Assembly: GCA_031253655.1 (NCBI GenBank)
Contig: JAIRVY010000066.1
Coordinates: forward strand, 1 to 55,485
Source of the DNA: Bacteroidales bacterium
GTDB lineage: Bacteria > Bacteroidota > Bacteroidia > Bacteroidales > WCHB1-69
Reading direction: 5' to 3'
DNA length: 55,485 bases
Shown here: positions 23,201-38,200 of the stretch, piece after piece
Numbering within the stretch: the first letter of the stretch is position 1
Layout: each line of letters opens with the position of its first letter
Program-made: the position numbers and the translations under genes
Notes under the pieces: model-generated
The model's database searches: none
The model's input: the letters and a program-made list of their open reading frames with translations, nothing else
Told to the model about the DNA's origin: nothing

Positions 23201-26200
23201 TGTGAAGGAGCAACTATAGGAGATATTTTGTTAACTTATTACGGAGAAGTAAAATGGTATCCAACCCTCACTTCTACTCTTGAATTATATCCGGGTACAC
23301 GATTAACCACCGGCATCTACTATGTAGAGTATCAGGTGGGCAGTTGCCAAACTACGAGCCGCATTCCTGTATCCATCACTATAGATACATACGGACCCCC
23401 TGTTGCAAATGCTCTTCAGGATATGTGTCCCGGTGCAAAAGTGGGCGATATTATAATTGCCGGCGCCGGTATTGTGTGGTACGATACCCCGACAAATGGC
23501 AATGTTGTAGATTTGGGCGACCCGGTGGTGCATGGTAAAACCTATTATGCAGTGCAAACCAACGGCAATGAAGATTGTGCGGGTGCAAGATTGGCTGTAA
23601 TAACCAACATCTTTATTCTCAATCCACCCATAGTAACTACACCGCAGGAGTTTTGCGGAGCCACTACCATAGACCAATTGTATGCAAGAGGTTTGAATAT
23701 ATTGTGGTACGATGAAAACATGATTCAAGTTCCTGCAGGAACATTTCTTCAAAACGATAAATTATATTGGGCAACACAAAACAACGGACTTTGCGAAAGT
23801 GAACCTTCTTACGTGAAAGTGAATATTACGGATGATATAACTTTGGATAAACCGGTTGTGCCCTCTCCTCAAAATTTCTGTGCTGCAGACCCGGCTACCG
23901 TTGCTAATTTAAAGTCGAACGGAGAATATGAAATAGTTTGGTATTCTCAAGCTACAGACGGTAGTCCATTGCCATTAAACCAAAACTTAACAGCCGGCAC
24001 CTACTACGCGGCAAGAAAAGCAGGTACCTGCGAAAGCGCTGAGCGTACCCCGGTGGTGGTTAACCGTGCGTTCCCTGATCCGCCTAATACTTCTGTACAG
24101 CAGTTCTGCGAGGGAGCGATTATCGCAAATATTCAAACACCACATCCCAATTTTATTTTCTATGAAACATTAATATCTGAAATTCCGCTTCCTCCTTCTA
24201 CGGTTCTTAGGTCGGGCGTCTATTATGCGCATCAAACAGACGGGATAAATCCCGCTTGTATCAGCACGGGGAGAGGAATGTTTGTGATAACTATTTCGCA
24301 ACCAACTGCTCCTATAGTGAAGGCTGAGCAGCATTTCTGCGGGAATCCCAAAGTTTACGACCTGGCTGCCACAGGACACGCATTGAAGTGGTACGACAGC
24401 AGATGGCCCAATGCGCTGCTTAACCTGGACTCTCCTTTGGATAGCGGCGCTACTTATTATGTAGAACAAACCAATGGCGATTGTAAGAGCCCCAGAGAAT
24501 CGGTGAAAGTACATATTTACAACTACGACGCTCCCGATATAGAATCCCCGCAAGGATTCTGTCCGGGTACTTATCTGTCGGCGGTGAATATGCCAAATCC
24601 TGTTCCGGGAACCTACTTTGTATGGCACGATGAAAATGGAAACGTGATAGATCCGGCCACTACACTTCTACTCGGCGGAGACCAATATTTCTTAGTGTTC
24701 CAAAGAAACCCACACTGCGAAGGTCCCGAAGCAAAATTAGAAATCATTATTTGGGAAACTGCAACCGAGGCGAATATCATTGCCCATCCGGTAAACGTAT
24801 GCACCGGAAATAGCGGCGTATTAACCGCTTCAACTCCGGCACCTCCATCTCCTTTCAATGTTATTAGCCCTACCTATTATTGGTATGATTCAGACGGTTC
24901 TTTCTTAGGCAATGGCGCTACTTATACCGAGTCGCGCACGGAAAGAATAAACGTTACCCAAACTACTACCTACACCTATTATGTGGCCGTAAAAGGTTTT
25001 GAAATTTGCGAAAACGAAGTGAATGCAAGAAAAGAGGTAACGCTTACAGTGCGCCAGGTACCGGAACTTTCAATTACACCTTTAATTGCAGGAATCTGCT
25101 ACAACCCCTCGGGCGGAAATAACTTTACTTTATACGCTCATATAGAGAATTATGATATTGACAGTGTTAACGGATATCAATGGTATCTGATAAGAGGAGG
25201 AGAGAAAATACCATTTAATACTTATGGAATAGGAACCATACCGGCATACGGTTCGGGACCTCTTCATTTGCCATTTATGACAATTCCTTTCGCTTATATA
25301 CCTTTATTTACGGACGCTGTAAACTATAAGATAAACTTATTATTAGAAGTGAATGTGTTGTATTGCGGTATGATAAGCGCCACGGTTGAACTTACTCTGT
25401 GGCCATTGGCTATCGACGGCGATATCACATTGATAAACGAGCCTACTGACCCGGTTACGCTTTGCGATGAGTTCGAATATGAACTTGAAATTGAATCTAC
25501 GGGAGAAGGGGCGCTTGCTGATATAATTATTGCATTAGATGACTATAAGAGTACAGGTATTCATGTAGTAGGAGGTGAATATCTATGGGTTCACCCCATT
25601 ACCGGTGAATCAGAATGGATGCCTATGATTGTAACGAAACCGACACTAGAGTATTATGAACTTGTAATACCGAACGAAGACTGGTCGGAGTTTGAAGGAT
25701 ATGAAAATGGCTTTGTATTGATACCCGGTAACAAATTACAGGTAAAAGTAATAGTAAGAACAGAATGCGAATTTTTTGCAAATTCCGACATTCGTTTTGT
25801 GCTCAATGCTACGGATGCTTGTTATGCTTTTACTTTAGACAAGAAAGAAGCCTATACATCTCCCATACAAGTAGAAGGATTTGACGCCGTGAACACCATT
25901 ACTTCCGATTTTAAAACGGAATTAATTGCTGAAAAGTTAGAAGGAGGAACATACGATTTTGGAACTTTCTCATCATGGCAAAACAGAGAATATCATCTGT
26001 ATAGTGATGCCGAAAAAATAGTTACTTGGAAAGCATTCTTTAATATTGATATCAGCCTACCTAACCTTAATACCGACTCTATCTTTTTCTTAATACCGGA
26101 TGGTATTCTCTTGATGCCGGGCCCTATTACATCAAACATTCCGGGATATAACCCAATACCGGTAATTACGTATGATGATGAAAACGGGATAGAATATGTT

Positions 26201-29200
26201 ATTCCGTTCCCTCCCGGATTAACTGTACCGACCTATATAGAATTTGAATTACAATTCGATATCAGCAATACAATCTGCGACGACTATTTCTTCTATATGG
26301 AGATTATAAGAACAGCAGAGCTCTACTGTGAATTGGAAGGTGAAAATTGCCCTGCCCATTATACATTGGCTGCAAGCTATTTCGACCTGTTTATAGACTG
26401 GTACTCTATGATTGCTTTAGATAACGATATCAATTCTTATGCAGAGATGGACGGAGATGTGTGGACAGGCAAACTTGTAGTACAAAATATTACAGACTTT
26501 TACGATGGTTCTAGCATTGAATTTGCTTTCTGGAAAGATATAAACAACAATTCAATATTTGAACCTAATAATCCCGATATATTGGTTGGTGAGTATGAAC
26601 ATCTTGTTCAAGCAGGATTGGCCGGAGATAAATTTACATGGGAGCTAACAGACGAAATTTGGGATATTTACGACCAAGAACAAATTCATGCCGAAGAAGG
26701 CGTTCAATTGCTATTGGTAGTAACCGGCGGTATGTGCGATGAGATGATAGTTCCACTCCCCACTCTCTTTGGACCTCAAATATTATGTCAAGGTGAAATA
26801 GGAATTTATGTTGCTCCTAAAGGTATGTCTATGTACGACTTCAATGTAACTGTCTTAGAGGGTGGTGGCGTTAATCCATACACTCGACTAAATCACAGCA
26901 ACTACAATAGTAATTTATGGGAGGTGGCTGATTCTGTAGCAGTATGGCGTTTTAACTTACCCGGAATTTACGATGTTACTTTGAGTTATTATGTAAAAAA
27001 TCCTAATGGCTCTGTGGGACCCCGTACTATGACCGTTCACCGTAAAGTTATAGTAAATGAAAGGCCCATACTAACACTTAATCCCTCAAATCCTTCTGCC
27101 ATTTGCAGGGGAACTACAATAGACCTAATAGATTTTGTGAACATTTCAAATGCAAACTTGAATAAAGAGGATATTTTGTTCACTTTTTATGAAGTGGATA
27201 GTAGTAACGATACTATTTCGCCTCCTGTTGGAATAATTGCAGGAGATGGAAACTTGGTGGTTATGCCTATGCAAACCACAAAATACAGAGTATATGCTTC
27301 TTATGAAGGCTGTATGGTATCTAATCCTATTGAGTTTACCGTAAACGTGAACAACCCTGTTTATATTACCGATGCCTTTGTTGTATCGCAACCTACCTGT
27401 ACATTAACTATAGGCGAAATACAGATTGTGGTAACCGGCGGAAGTGGTCTCTACGACTATTCCATAAACGGTGAAGTAAGTTATAGTCAGTTACAGGCAA
27501 CAGGAATTATCTCCGAACTGTCAGCAGATACTTATATTGTATATATTAAAGATAGGCAACCCAATTCGTGTGGGGCAGCACAAAGTTTTCCCATAACGCT
27601 CAATCCGTATAACACCGACTTAACTTTAAGTTTGGAATCTTTCGGTGCCAGCGAGTGCGGCATAAACGATGGCTCTATCAAAATGTATTATGGTGGCGGA
27701 AAAGCTCCGTATCAATATTTGATTACTACGCCGGGTACACCCACCACCTATACCTCTACCTTCCCATTGAATAACACCATTATCGATTTACTGCCGGGTA
27801 ATTATACCGTAAGACTAAGAGATGCTGATGGTTGCGTTGCTACCAAAGCTGCAAATATTGAAGTATTAGATGGAATTGAATTCGACTTTGAGATTAAAAC
27901 CTTAGCCACTTGTACCGCAGAAGGAACCGTTGAGGTGAATATTACAGGAGGCACAGGCACCGCGCCCTATTCCTATTCTTTAAACAATGGCTCTCGAATT
28001 CCTATCGAGGGTGATTTTGTTACCATTTACGTAGGCGCAGGCAATAATCATTTGTTAACTATTTACGATGATGCCGGATGTTTTGAAATATATGAATTTA
28101 ATATGGGATTAACCGGAAGTTACTATGCTGCATTAGATGATATTCAAAATGCGCTTTGCGACGGAACCGGTGGCGGCGAATTTACTATATTGCTGGAAAC
28201 GACAAACCGACCCATTACCTATTTATTTAATGGTACGATAACCAATGTGCCTATTACAGGAAATCTCGTATTTACCAACCTCAGTACAGGCTACTATAGC
28301 GTTACATTGTACTTTGGAGCTGATCAAACTTGTCCTTTCACATTTAATGACATTCCTGTTGATATTGACCCCGGTGCGGTGATTGAGGCAAAATCGATTT
28401 ATATTGCCACACACCCCACATGTAGCGATGCAACAGGAAGTTTTGTGCTTGAAGTAACCGGCGGAAGCGGAAATTATGAGTATAATTTCACCGGCGGAAC
28501 GAGCAGATTGCCCTTCCCCGCAGGTGGTATATTTACAGAAAGAGAAGCAGGAACATATACTGTGTATATTTGGGATACTGATTACAGTAACTGTGCACCT
28601 GCTATCAGCAACCCCATTACCTTGAATCCTTCCAATAGCGATATAAGAGTAGAGGCTATTGCCACTCCGACAACCGATTGCGCCACCGCAAACGGTACTA
28701 TTAAACTGAACTCCTACGGAGGTTTCGGAAATGTGCAGTATTCGATTGATGGTAGTGCGTTTGCCAATATCCCTACCGGAGGAATTATTGGAGATGATTT
28801 TGTTTCAGGTACCTATCTTATTAAAGTAAAAGATGCAAACAATTGTATAGCCACTACCCAAGTAACGGTAGGGGTTGCAAAATCATACCTGAACCTTACT
28901 GCCACCGCTCTAACCACTGCTTCTTGCGATGGAACGATGGGTACGGCTCAGATTTCCATCACTCCCCCAGCCGGTTCAGGTACATGGAGATACAAAATAA
29001 ACACCGGCGGTTTAGTTCCTTTCTTGAATAATACCGCAACTGTTGAATTACCGGCAGGCGAACATTACATATTTGTAGAGAACGAAAACGGCTGTATCGA
29101 CAGTACCAAAGTTACCATTGGCTCGCAAAACAATTTTGCAGCAACCGTAACAGGAAGCGAAGTGGATTGTAAAGGCGCCATCGGAAGAATTAACTTCACA

Positions 29201-32200
29201 ATAAGTGGTGGAACAGTACCTTACACAGTACATGTGGCTGAGGCAAATTCACCATTTACTTTCACAAACATTTATAATACTGCTGGAAGTTATAATTTGC
29301 CCAACCTCCCGCTTGGAAATTATTCTGTAAAAATTACAGATGCCTTAGGTTGTGAACTCAATTATAGCAATATCGTGGTGAAAGAAAAACTGAACTATAT
29401 TATTGCGGTGGATGATTACATTACTACATTTCTAAATAAAGAAGTTTCTGCCAATGTATTAGACAACGATTTTGAGTATCTGTTGCGTAGCGGAAAATTG
29501 GAAGTGATTGCCAATACATCGGCTAAATACGGAACTATCGGCACCATTGTGCCCGATGGTTCATATACCTATATGCCCAATTATAACTATGCCGGTTACG
29601 ACACAGTGATGTACACCGTTCGTCATAAAGAGTGCGGTTATTCAACATTTGCTTATCTCTATATCAAAATTATTGAGGAAGCGGTTACTCCCAGACCTCC
29701 TGTAGCTGTTCCCGACCTCTATACAACCATTAAAGATGTTCCAATTTCCGGTATGTGTGTAATGGACAACGACATTGATGTAGACGGCGGAGAACTGTTC
29801 TTTAATAGCGTTTTATCCGGAGTTTCTAACGGAACACTAACAGGACCAGATGTTAACGGATGTTTCACTTATACCCCGAATCCGGGTTATGTAGGAGATG
29901 ATTATTTCTATTACAAAATATGTAGTGATAACGGAAAATGCGATTCTGCTTGGGTAACAATCATTGTGTTGCCCACTCCTGAACTGTGCTTCGTGGGTGC
30001 ATTTCCAGATTATTATGCAACAGGACAGGATGTAAAACTTGAAGTTGCTGAATCATACGGAATATTTAAAAACGATATCTACCCATCTACTCCCGTAATA
30101 CGTATCCTAACGCAACCCCTCGGCGCTGTTTCATTAGTAGGATTACTCGGCGCTTTTGAATATATGCCTGAATCAGGGTTTGTAGGAACTGATAAATTCC
30201 GGTATGAGATATGTGTTGGAGGTTGCGGATGCGATACCACTTGGGTTTACATAGTGGTAGTTGCCAACGACTGTCCACACATAATGCCTCCACGCGTAAC
30301 CTCTCCACAAACTTTCTGTGAACCGGCAACCATTGCCGACCTGCAAGCAGATGGAGTGATTATTAAGTGGTTTGAATATCCCGATACAGGTGAACCATTA
30401 GGACCAACAGTTCCATTAGAGAACGGAAAAATTTATTATGCCTCTCAAACCGATAACGGCGATTGTGAAAGTGAACTTCGCTCGCCCGTTAAAGTTATTA
30501 TTAATAACTCGTTAGTATTAGGCGCTCCCGATATTGACAACCAGCAATTCTGCGAAGGCGCCGAACTGCATGACCTCATTACTCTTAATCCGAATGTGGT
30601 TTGGTATCAGTTCCCAGAAGGGGATCCGGAACTCCCGGGCGATACTAAATTGGAAGATGGTAAAACCTATTATGCTGCTTTGCGAGCAGGAGGATGTGAA
30701 AGTGCCATCAGAAAACCGGTTACAGTTACTGAGACTATTCAAATTACAGTTCTACCAAAAATCCCGGCGCAAACCTTCTGTTTGGGAGCTATGGTAAGTG
30801 ATATTGTTACCGGCGTATATGCCAACATTGCCTGGTATTATACCCAAACCAATGGAACCCCGCTTTCGCCTGATACTAAACTCTCAACCAGAACCTATTG
30901 GGCTGAAATTCAAGTGGGAGATTGTGAAAATACAACGAGAATTGCAGTACCCATTACCATATCTGTATTTAATGTGCCGATTGTGGAAGGAACTATTAAC
31001 TTTTGCTATGGTATGACCCTTGCCGATATTCCGATTACCGGTGCAGGTGTTATCTGGTACAATGCAGCTAATAATGAATTGCCTTTGAATACGATAATTA
31101 CAGACGGCAGCACTTACTACGCTGTACAATCTAACGGAGAATGCGAAAGCGCCAAGGTTACGGTTACAACTTACCAAAATATTGTACTTCCGCCTACGGT
31201 TACCTCTCCGCAAGATTTCTGTATTACCGATAATGCTACCATTGCAGACCTAAAACCGCAAAGGCCAAATATTACTTGGTATGCTGACGAAACAGATATC
31301 GTTCCGCTTGAATCTACTCATTTATTAGAACATAACTCAATCTATTGGGCTACTCAGCGCAACGAATTCTGTGAAAGCATTACACGTTCCGCAGTAAAAG
31401 TGTATATTGTTGATGAAACCAAACTGTTGCCGCCCGATATAAAGGATACAGTTGTGATGTGTGGGGTTGGTAGCCAATACTTATCACAAGTGCCTACCAA
31501 TGGATATATTGTGAAGTGGTATGATGTGAATGGCAATCTATTGCCAAACAATACTTTACTTGTAGATGGAACTACCTATTATGCTGCTAGAGTTACAGGT
31601 TTGTGCGAAACAACCCAACGTACTCCGGTTACAATTAATTATCAACCTTCTGTAGATTTAGATATTGCCGACCAATCTTTCTGTGTTGGAGCTACTATTG
31701 CCGATATTATTGTCCCTCAGGGATTTATAATTACATGGCAGGATAATTTTGCTCCCACCAATTTACTTCCTACTACTGTTCTTGAAACAGGTGTTTATTA
31801 TGCACAAACTGAAATAGGTAATTGTAATGCAAGAAAAACAGTTAATATTACTATTGGTACTCCTACCGTACCGGTGGTTGAAACTGTTCAATATTTCTGC
31901 GCCACTACATCCAATCCGCTTACCCTTAGCGATATTAAGGTTACCGGCTCCGGTATTAAATGGTACACAGCGCCGGTTAATGGTACACTATTACCGATGG
32001 ACAAGCAATTAGAACATGGAAAAACCTATTACGCTGCGCAAACCAACAACGGCTGTATCGGAGATATGGCTGAGGTTACGGTGTGGTTATACAAGAATGT
32101 GAATCCGCCAACGATAACCTCTCCACAAACTTTCTGCGTTCAAGATTTAGAAGATGTTCAATTAACAGTAAATAATATTACTGTTTTAGGTATTGGTATT

Positions 32201-35200
32201 ATATGGTATGATGCAGAGTTTGACGGAAATATTATTCCGGATACTGAATCCTTAGAAGACGGCAAAACTTACTGGGCATCACAAACGCTAGGCGTGTGTG
32301 AAAGCGAAGGACGTACACCGGTGAAGATTAATCTGGTAGAGAATCTATTTATCCCAGCGCCATACATTCCTACCCCACAAAGAAGATGCACCGGAGGTAC
32401 TGTTGCCGACCTGTTCACCAACGGATATCAAGTAAAATGGTACACTTCTGCAACAGGCAATGAACTGTGGGATGACAACGAATTGTTGGCAGGAGGAGCA
32501 ACTACCTATTATGCAGCTTTAGTAGTGGGAGAATGTGAAAGCAGTGAAAGAACTCCGGTTAGGGTTACCACAGGCACAGATTTTGTAGTACCGAAAATTG
32601 TCCCGCAATCTTTCTGCGAAGGAGCAATTCTTGCACAAGTGATAGTGCCCAATGACCAGATAAAATGGTATGCAGATGCTACCGGCGACACGCCGCTTTC
32701 GGACATTACACTCTTGGAAAGCAAAACTTACTATGCTGCACAAACTCAGGGCGGCTGCGAAAATACAGTACGAGTACCGGTGGTAATTACGATAAATAAA
32801 CCGAATGAACCGATTGTGATTGAAGAACAAAGTTTCTGCGACACGGCTACAATAGCCGATTTGGTAGTAACAGGACACGGTATTCATTGGTATGCTACGG
32901 CTCTTAGTACCGAACCGCTACCCCTTACTACCGAGTTGGTTGATAATACAACCTATTGGGCAGCAAGTAGCGCAGGAAATAACTGCGAAGGTTTAAGGGT
33001 TGGAGTGCTAGCTCACGTATATAACCTGCTACCACCGCCAACTGTTACATCTCCACTCTTGCTTTGTACGGACGGAACCGGAGTGCTCAGAGTTTCTGAT
33101 TTACAAGCAGATGGATATAACATACAATGGTATTACACCCAAACCGGTGGAACTCCACTGGCGCCGAATACTCCGTTGCACCCCGACTCGCTCTACTGGG
33201 CATCACAAAAATTAGCCCATTGCGAAAGCGAACGCTCTTATGTGAGATATTCACTAATCAGTGAAAGTGAAATACCTCCACCCGATATCCCAACAGCAAT
33301 ATCGTTCTGTTACGACTTGCGTTATCCAAGCAATAATCTGTTTGTTAGCGATTTGCCTACTTACGGGCTCAATATTAAATGGTATATGGACGCAGATGCA
33401 CTCTTTGAAGTATTCCCTGAAGATAGGCTTAACTATACAACTTACTATGCAAGGCTGATTATTGGAGAGTGCCAAAGTACAACTCTTACAAGAGTAGATA
33501 TTACTTTCCCACCGGTTATTATTACCCAGCCCATTATTGAAGCACCGCAGTACTTCTGCGAAGGCGCAATGCTTAGCAATATTGTGGGACACGATAATGT
33601 AAATTGGTATGCTACCAACGACTTATCTCAACCTTTATCTCTGCAGCATATTATGGAAACCGGCATCTATTACGCAAGAGTAGTTATAGGCGCTTCCGGT
33701 ACCTGTATCAGCGATGTGCCTAAGGCTGTTCAAATCTATATTAACACACCGAATCCAAATTATGTAAAAGATACCATACAGTTCTGTGGTTTTGCCACAT
33801 TATTAGAACTTGCTGTGAGCGGTTATGGTATTACATGGTATGATACCGAAGCATTGGATGAAGAACCGCTACCGCTGAATACGGAATTACTTCACGGTAC
33901 TACTTATTATGCAGCAAGCACCAACGGCGAGTGTGCCATTATTAGCAAATCAGTGTTGGTGAACATTTACGACCAAATTATTCCGCCCACCGTTACTACA
34001 CCTGTAGAATTGTGTGTGATTGGCGACACATATACTTTTGCCTATATTGATAATATGCAAGGTGAAAACTTTACCTGGTACAGAAGCGAATTTGGTAGTG
34101 ATAAAATTGCTCTAAGCGCTCCTTTGGAAGAGGGAATCTTCTGGGTATCTCAAAAAGTAGGAGAGTGCGAAAGTGCGCGTTCTTATGTGAAGGTGGTATT
34201 TCTAGATGAAAAGATTTTGAATGCGCCAAAGGTTCTTACTCCACAAGAGTTCTGTATCACAAATCCTAATCCATACACCTTTGCAGACATTCTTTTGGAA
34301 AGAGGTGTGCACGTAGTTTGGTATGATGCTCCTGTTGAGGGCAACACCATTGAACCTTGGGAAGAATTAGTTGCTGGAACCTATTATGCTGCTTTAGTTG
34401 CCGGAGACTGCGAAAGCGAACAACGCACCGCAGTGGAGATTTCTTTCAAAAATGAAATTGAAATATTACCCAACTTCGTTGATGAACAATCTTTCTGTGA
34501 AGGAGCGATGATAAGCACTATTGTGGCACCGCCTTATGTGGTATGGTTTGCAGATGAAACAGACGATACCCCATTGTTGCCTACGATGAAATTGCAAACC
34601 GGTTATTACTGGGGAGCCATTTCCGTTAGTGACGATTGCACTAGCACGACTCGTAAGAGACTATGGGTAGAAATTACCGATGAAGTTCAGCAGATTGTTC
34701 CACTTAGAGAAGCATTCTGTTATGATGTTACACTTGCCGACCTATCACTCACCGGATACGGTATTAAGTGGTATTCTGAAGAAACATTAGAAAATGAAGT
34801 GTCGATAACCAAACCATTGAAGCACGGCGATACTTATTATGCTGCAAATACAAACGGCGAATGTGCCATAATTATTTATGCCGTAACGGCAGAAATTTAC
34901 GACAATATTATTCCACCCACCGTGAAAACTCCATACCAGTTGTGTGGCGTAAAAGGCGATTATACCTTAGAAGATATTTTAGTATCAGGGTATGAGATTC
35001 AGTGGTATAGAAGCGAGTTTGGAGACGACAAACTTGGCTTTAATCATATTATTGATAACGACTCAATATATTGGGTGGCTCAAAAAGTGAGCAAGTGCTG
35101 GAGTAAACGCTCTTATGTAAAGGTTATACTTCATCCTGATGTTCTTATTCCGGCGCCTAATGTTCCACAAAAAATTCAGTTTTGCGAGAACATGCCACCA

Positions 35201-38200
35201 ACGAGACTGCGCAATGTTATCGTATCAGGGTATAATTTAGTTTGGTACGACAATGATTCACAGGAATTCCCCTTAGATCCAGATGAAACAATTCTTGCTG
35301 CCAAAACATACTATGTTGGCCAAGTTGTGGGCAGTTGTCAAAGTACCGAACTTTCCAAATTAGAAATAGAATTTGTTCCTGAAATTAATTATATGCCGGT
35401 AATACCGCCACAGGCCTTCTGCGAGGGTGCTTTAATTGGCTCTATTGAAACACTTTCCGATGTTTATTGGTATGAGTCGGCAACCTCAAATATTATTTTA
35501 TGGCCTACCGAAAAACTAGAAACTAAGAGTTACTGGGCAGAACTGATTGTTCCATTTACCCCCGGTTGTACAAATTCAACCCGCACGGAAGTATCTATTT
35601 CCATTCAAACTACTGAAATAGCACGCAAATTTGCAACTCAAACTTTCTGTTTTGAACCGGAAATTCACCATTTGAGCGTATCGGGATATGGCATTAAATG
35701 GTATTCAGATGCTGCTTTAACAATACCGATAGGTTTATACACAAAACTAGAGCACGATTCTACATATTATGCGGCTAACACCAACGGTACTTGTGCTATA
35801 AGTATTAACGAAATTACGGTAAAAATTCATGAGGATTTGTTGCCGCCAAGAGTTACTACTCCATACGTACTGTGCGGTGAAGACAAAACGTTGACTTTTG
35901 CAGATATATATGTTCAAGGCGATAATATTCAATGGTATGAAACTGAATTTGGAGATGACCCCATTGCAATGGATGAACATCCCGAAAGTGAAAAAATCTA
36001 CTGGGTATCACAGACTGTGGGCATTTGTGAAAGCGAACGTTCTTATGTGAAAGTGATTTACGATCCAGAAATGATTGTTTCTGCCCCGAAAGTACCATCC
36101 CCACAACAGTTCTGTCTCGACAAAATCTACTACTTGAGCGATGTTTCCCTTCCTGACGGTGTCAACATAATATGGTATGCCGATGCAACTACTACCACCC
36201 CAATTGATAATCCTTCTACGGTGATATTGGCAAATGGAGCAACTTATTATGCTGCACAACAGGTGGGCAACTGTCAAATTTCGGCGCGTACCTCCGTGGA
36301 GATTATTTTAACTTCTGTAATCAATACCGCTCCGGTAATTGTTTCGCCGCAAGTATTCTGCTATGGCGCTATGATTTCTAACATTCAGGTGCCTTCTAAC
36401 AACATTATTTGGTATGCCCCTGATGGAAGCGGCCCATTAGATGAAATTGAAATATTAGAAACCGGTATCTATCAAGCAACTATTGCTGTAAGCGGAATCT
36501 GTATTAGTACAACAAGAGTACCGGTATCCATTATGATTGACCCACAAAATCACGTTTGGGCAAAAGATACTCAAGAATTCTGCAACGCTTCTACTATTGC
36601 CCATTTAAGAGCAAACGGTTACGGAATTACATGGTATTCCGATCAATCGTTAGACGTACAGTACAAAATGGAATTAGATGACCAGATTGAACACTTGAAA
36701 ACGTACTATGCTGCTAACACCAATGGTAGCTGTGCATTGATTGGACTTGAAGTTAGGGTTGAATTATTTGAACAAGTGCCTCCTCCAACAGTTAAAACAC
36801 CTGTAGAGTGGTGCGTGAGAGATATTGAAAATCACACATTCACATTAGACGATTTAGCGCCTTATGTTAATGGATATGGTATTAAGTGGTATAAGAATAA
36901 TTCTACTTTGGATGAGTTATTACTCACGCACGGCTTAGAAAACGACTCTATCTACTGGGTATCTCAAACGTTGGCAATCTGCGAGAGTGAACGTTCCTAT
37001 ATCAAAGTAAAACTCGTTGAAGATATGTTTGTTCCGAAACCTGACATTGACCCCATTGAAATTTGCGACGACTTGAAGGGGATTCTTGTAAAAGATTTAC
37101 CCATAGATTTACCCAATATTAAGTGGTATTATTCCCCTTCCGGAACTAATAATCAAGCACATTCTGACAATCCAATCAATGCTAATACTATTCTGTATGC
37201 TGAGCAAATTATTGGCGATTGTCAAAGTACGGAACGTACAGCTGTGTCGATTAGCTTTGTTCCCAAAATCAGTACGCTTCCGGATATTAAAACACCGCAG
37301 TATTACTGTGAAGGAGCGATTATGGCTACTGTAGATGCCCCTGACTATGTAGTGTGGTATGAAAATGAAAACGATGATATTCCAATAGACCGTTTCCATT
37401 TCATTTTACATACGGGAAAATATTGGGCCGCAGTTTACTTGGGTGAAGATTGTGAAAGCACTGAGCGTTTGCCTGTTGATATATTTATTGACGATGGAGA
37501 TGGTCGTAAAACTTTAACACAGTGGTTCTGCTACGATGCCGAAATTGCTGATATTAAGGTAACAGGATATGGATTGCAATGGTATGATACCGAAGATTTC
37601 GAAAATGCTGAGCCGCTGCCTTTAGTCCATAAGTTAGAAAATGGAAAAACCTACTACGCTACCAATCACAATGGCAATTGTGAACTGATGGCGTATGAAA
37701 TGACGGTAAGAGTATATCCCGAACTCCTTCCGCCCGTGGTTACAACCCCTGTTGAGTTATGTATAATTGATGATGAACATACTTTAACTCTTGCCGATTT
37801 AGAACTCTATGTTTCCGGCAGTGACTTGGTATGGTATGCAAGCGAAACGTCAACAACCCCACTCACCCCGGCTTCTCCGCTATGGAAATTAGATAACAAC
37901 GTTACGTACTGGGTAGCACAAAGTTATGGTATCTGCGAAGGCGCTCGTTCATCAATAGTAGTGAAACTTAGCAACTTCATAAATATTCCGGCACCAATTA
38001 TCGATTCATTCGAAATTTGTGATGACGGAGGCGACTACTATTTAAGCGATATTCCAACACCTGTTGGAGTAAATATTATTTGGTATGATGCCGCAGTTGA
38101 CGGAAACATCATTCCCGATCCTTCTTCGGTGAAGCTATATGATGACGACCAATACTGGGCTGCCCAAGATATAGGAGCGTGTCAAGGAACAGAAACTACA

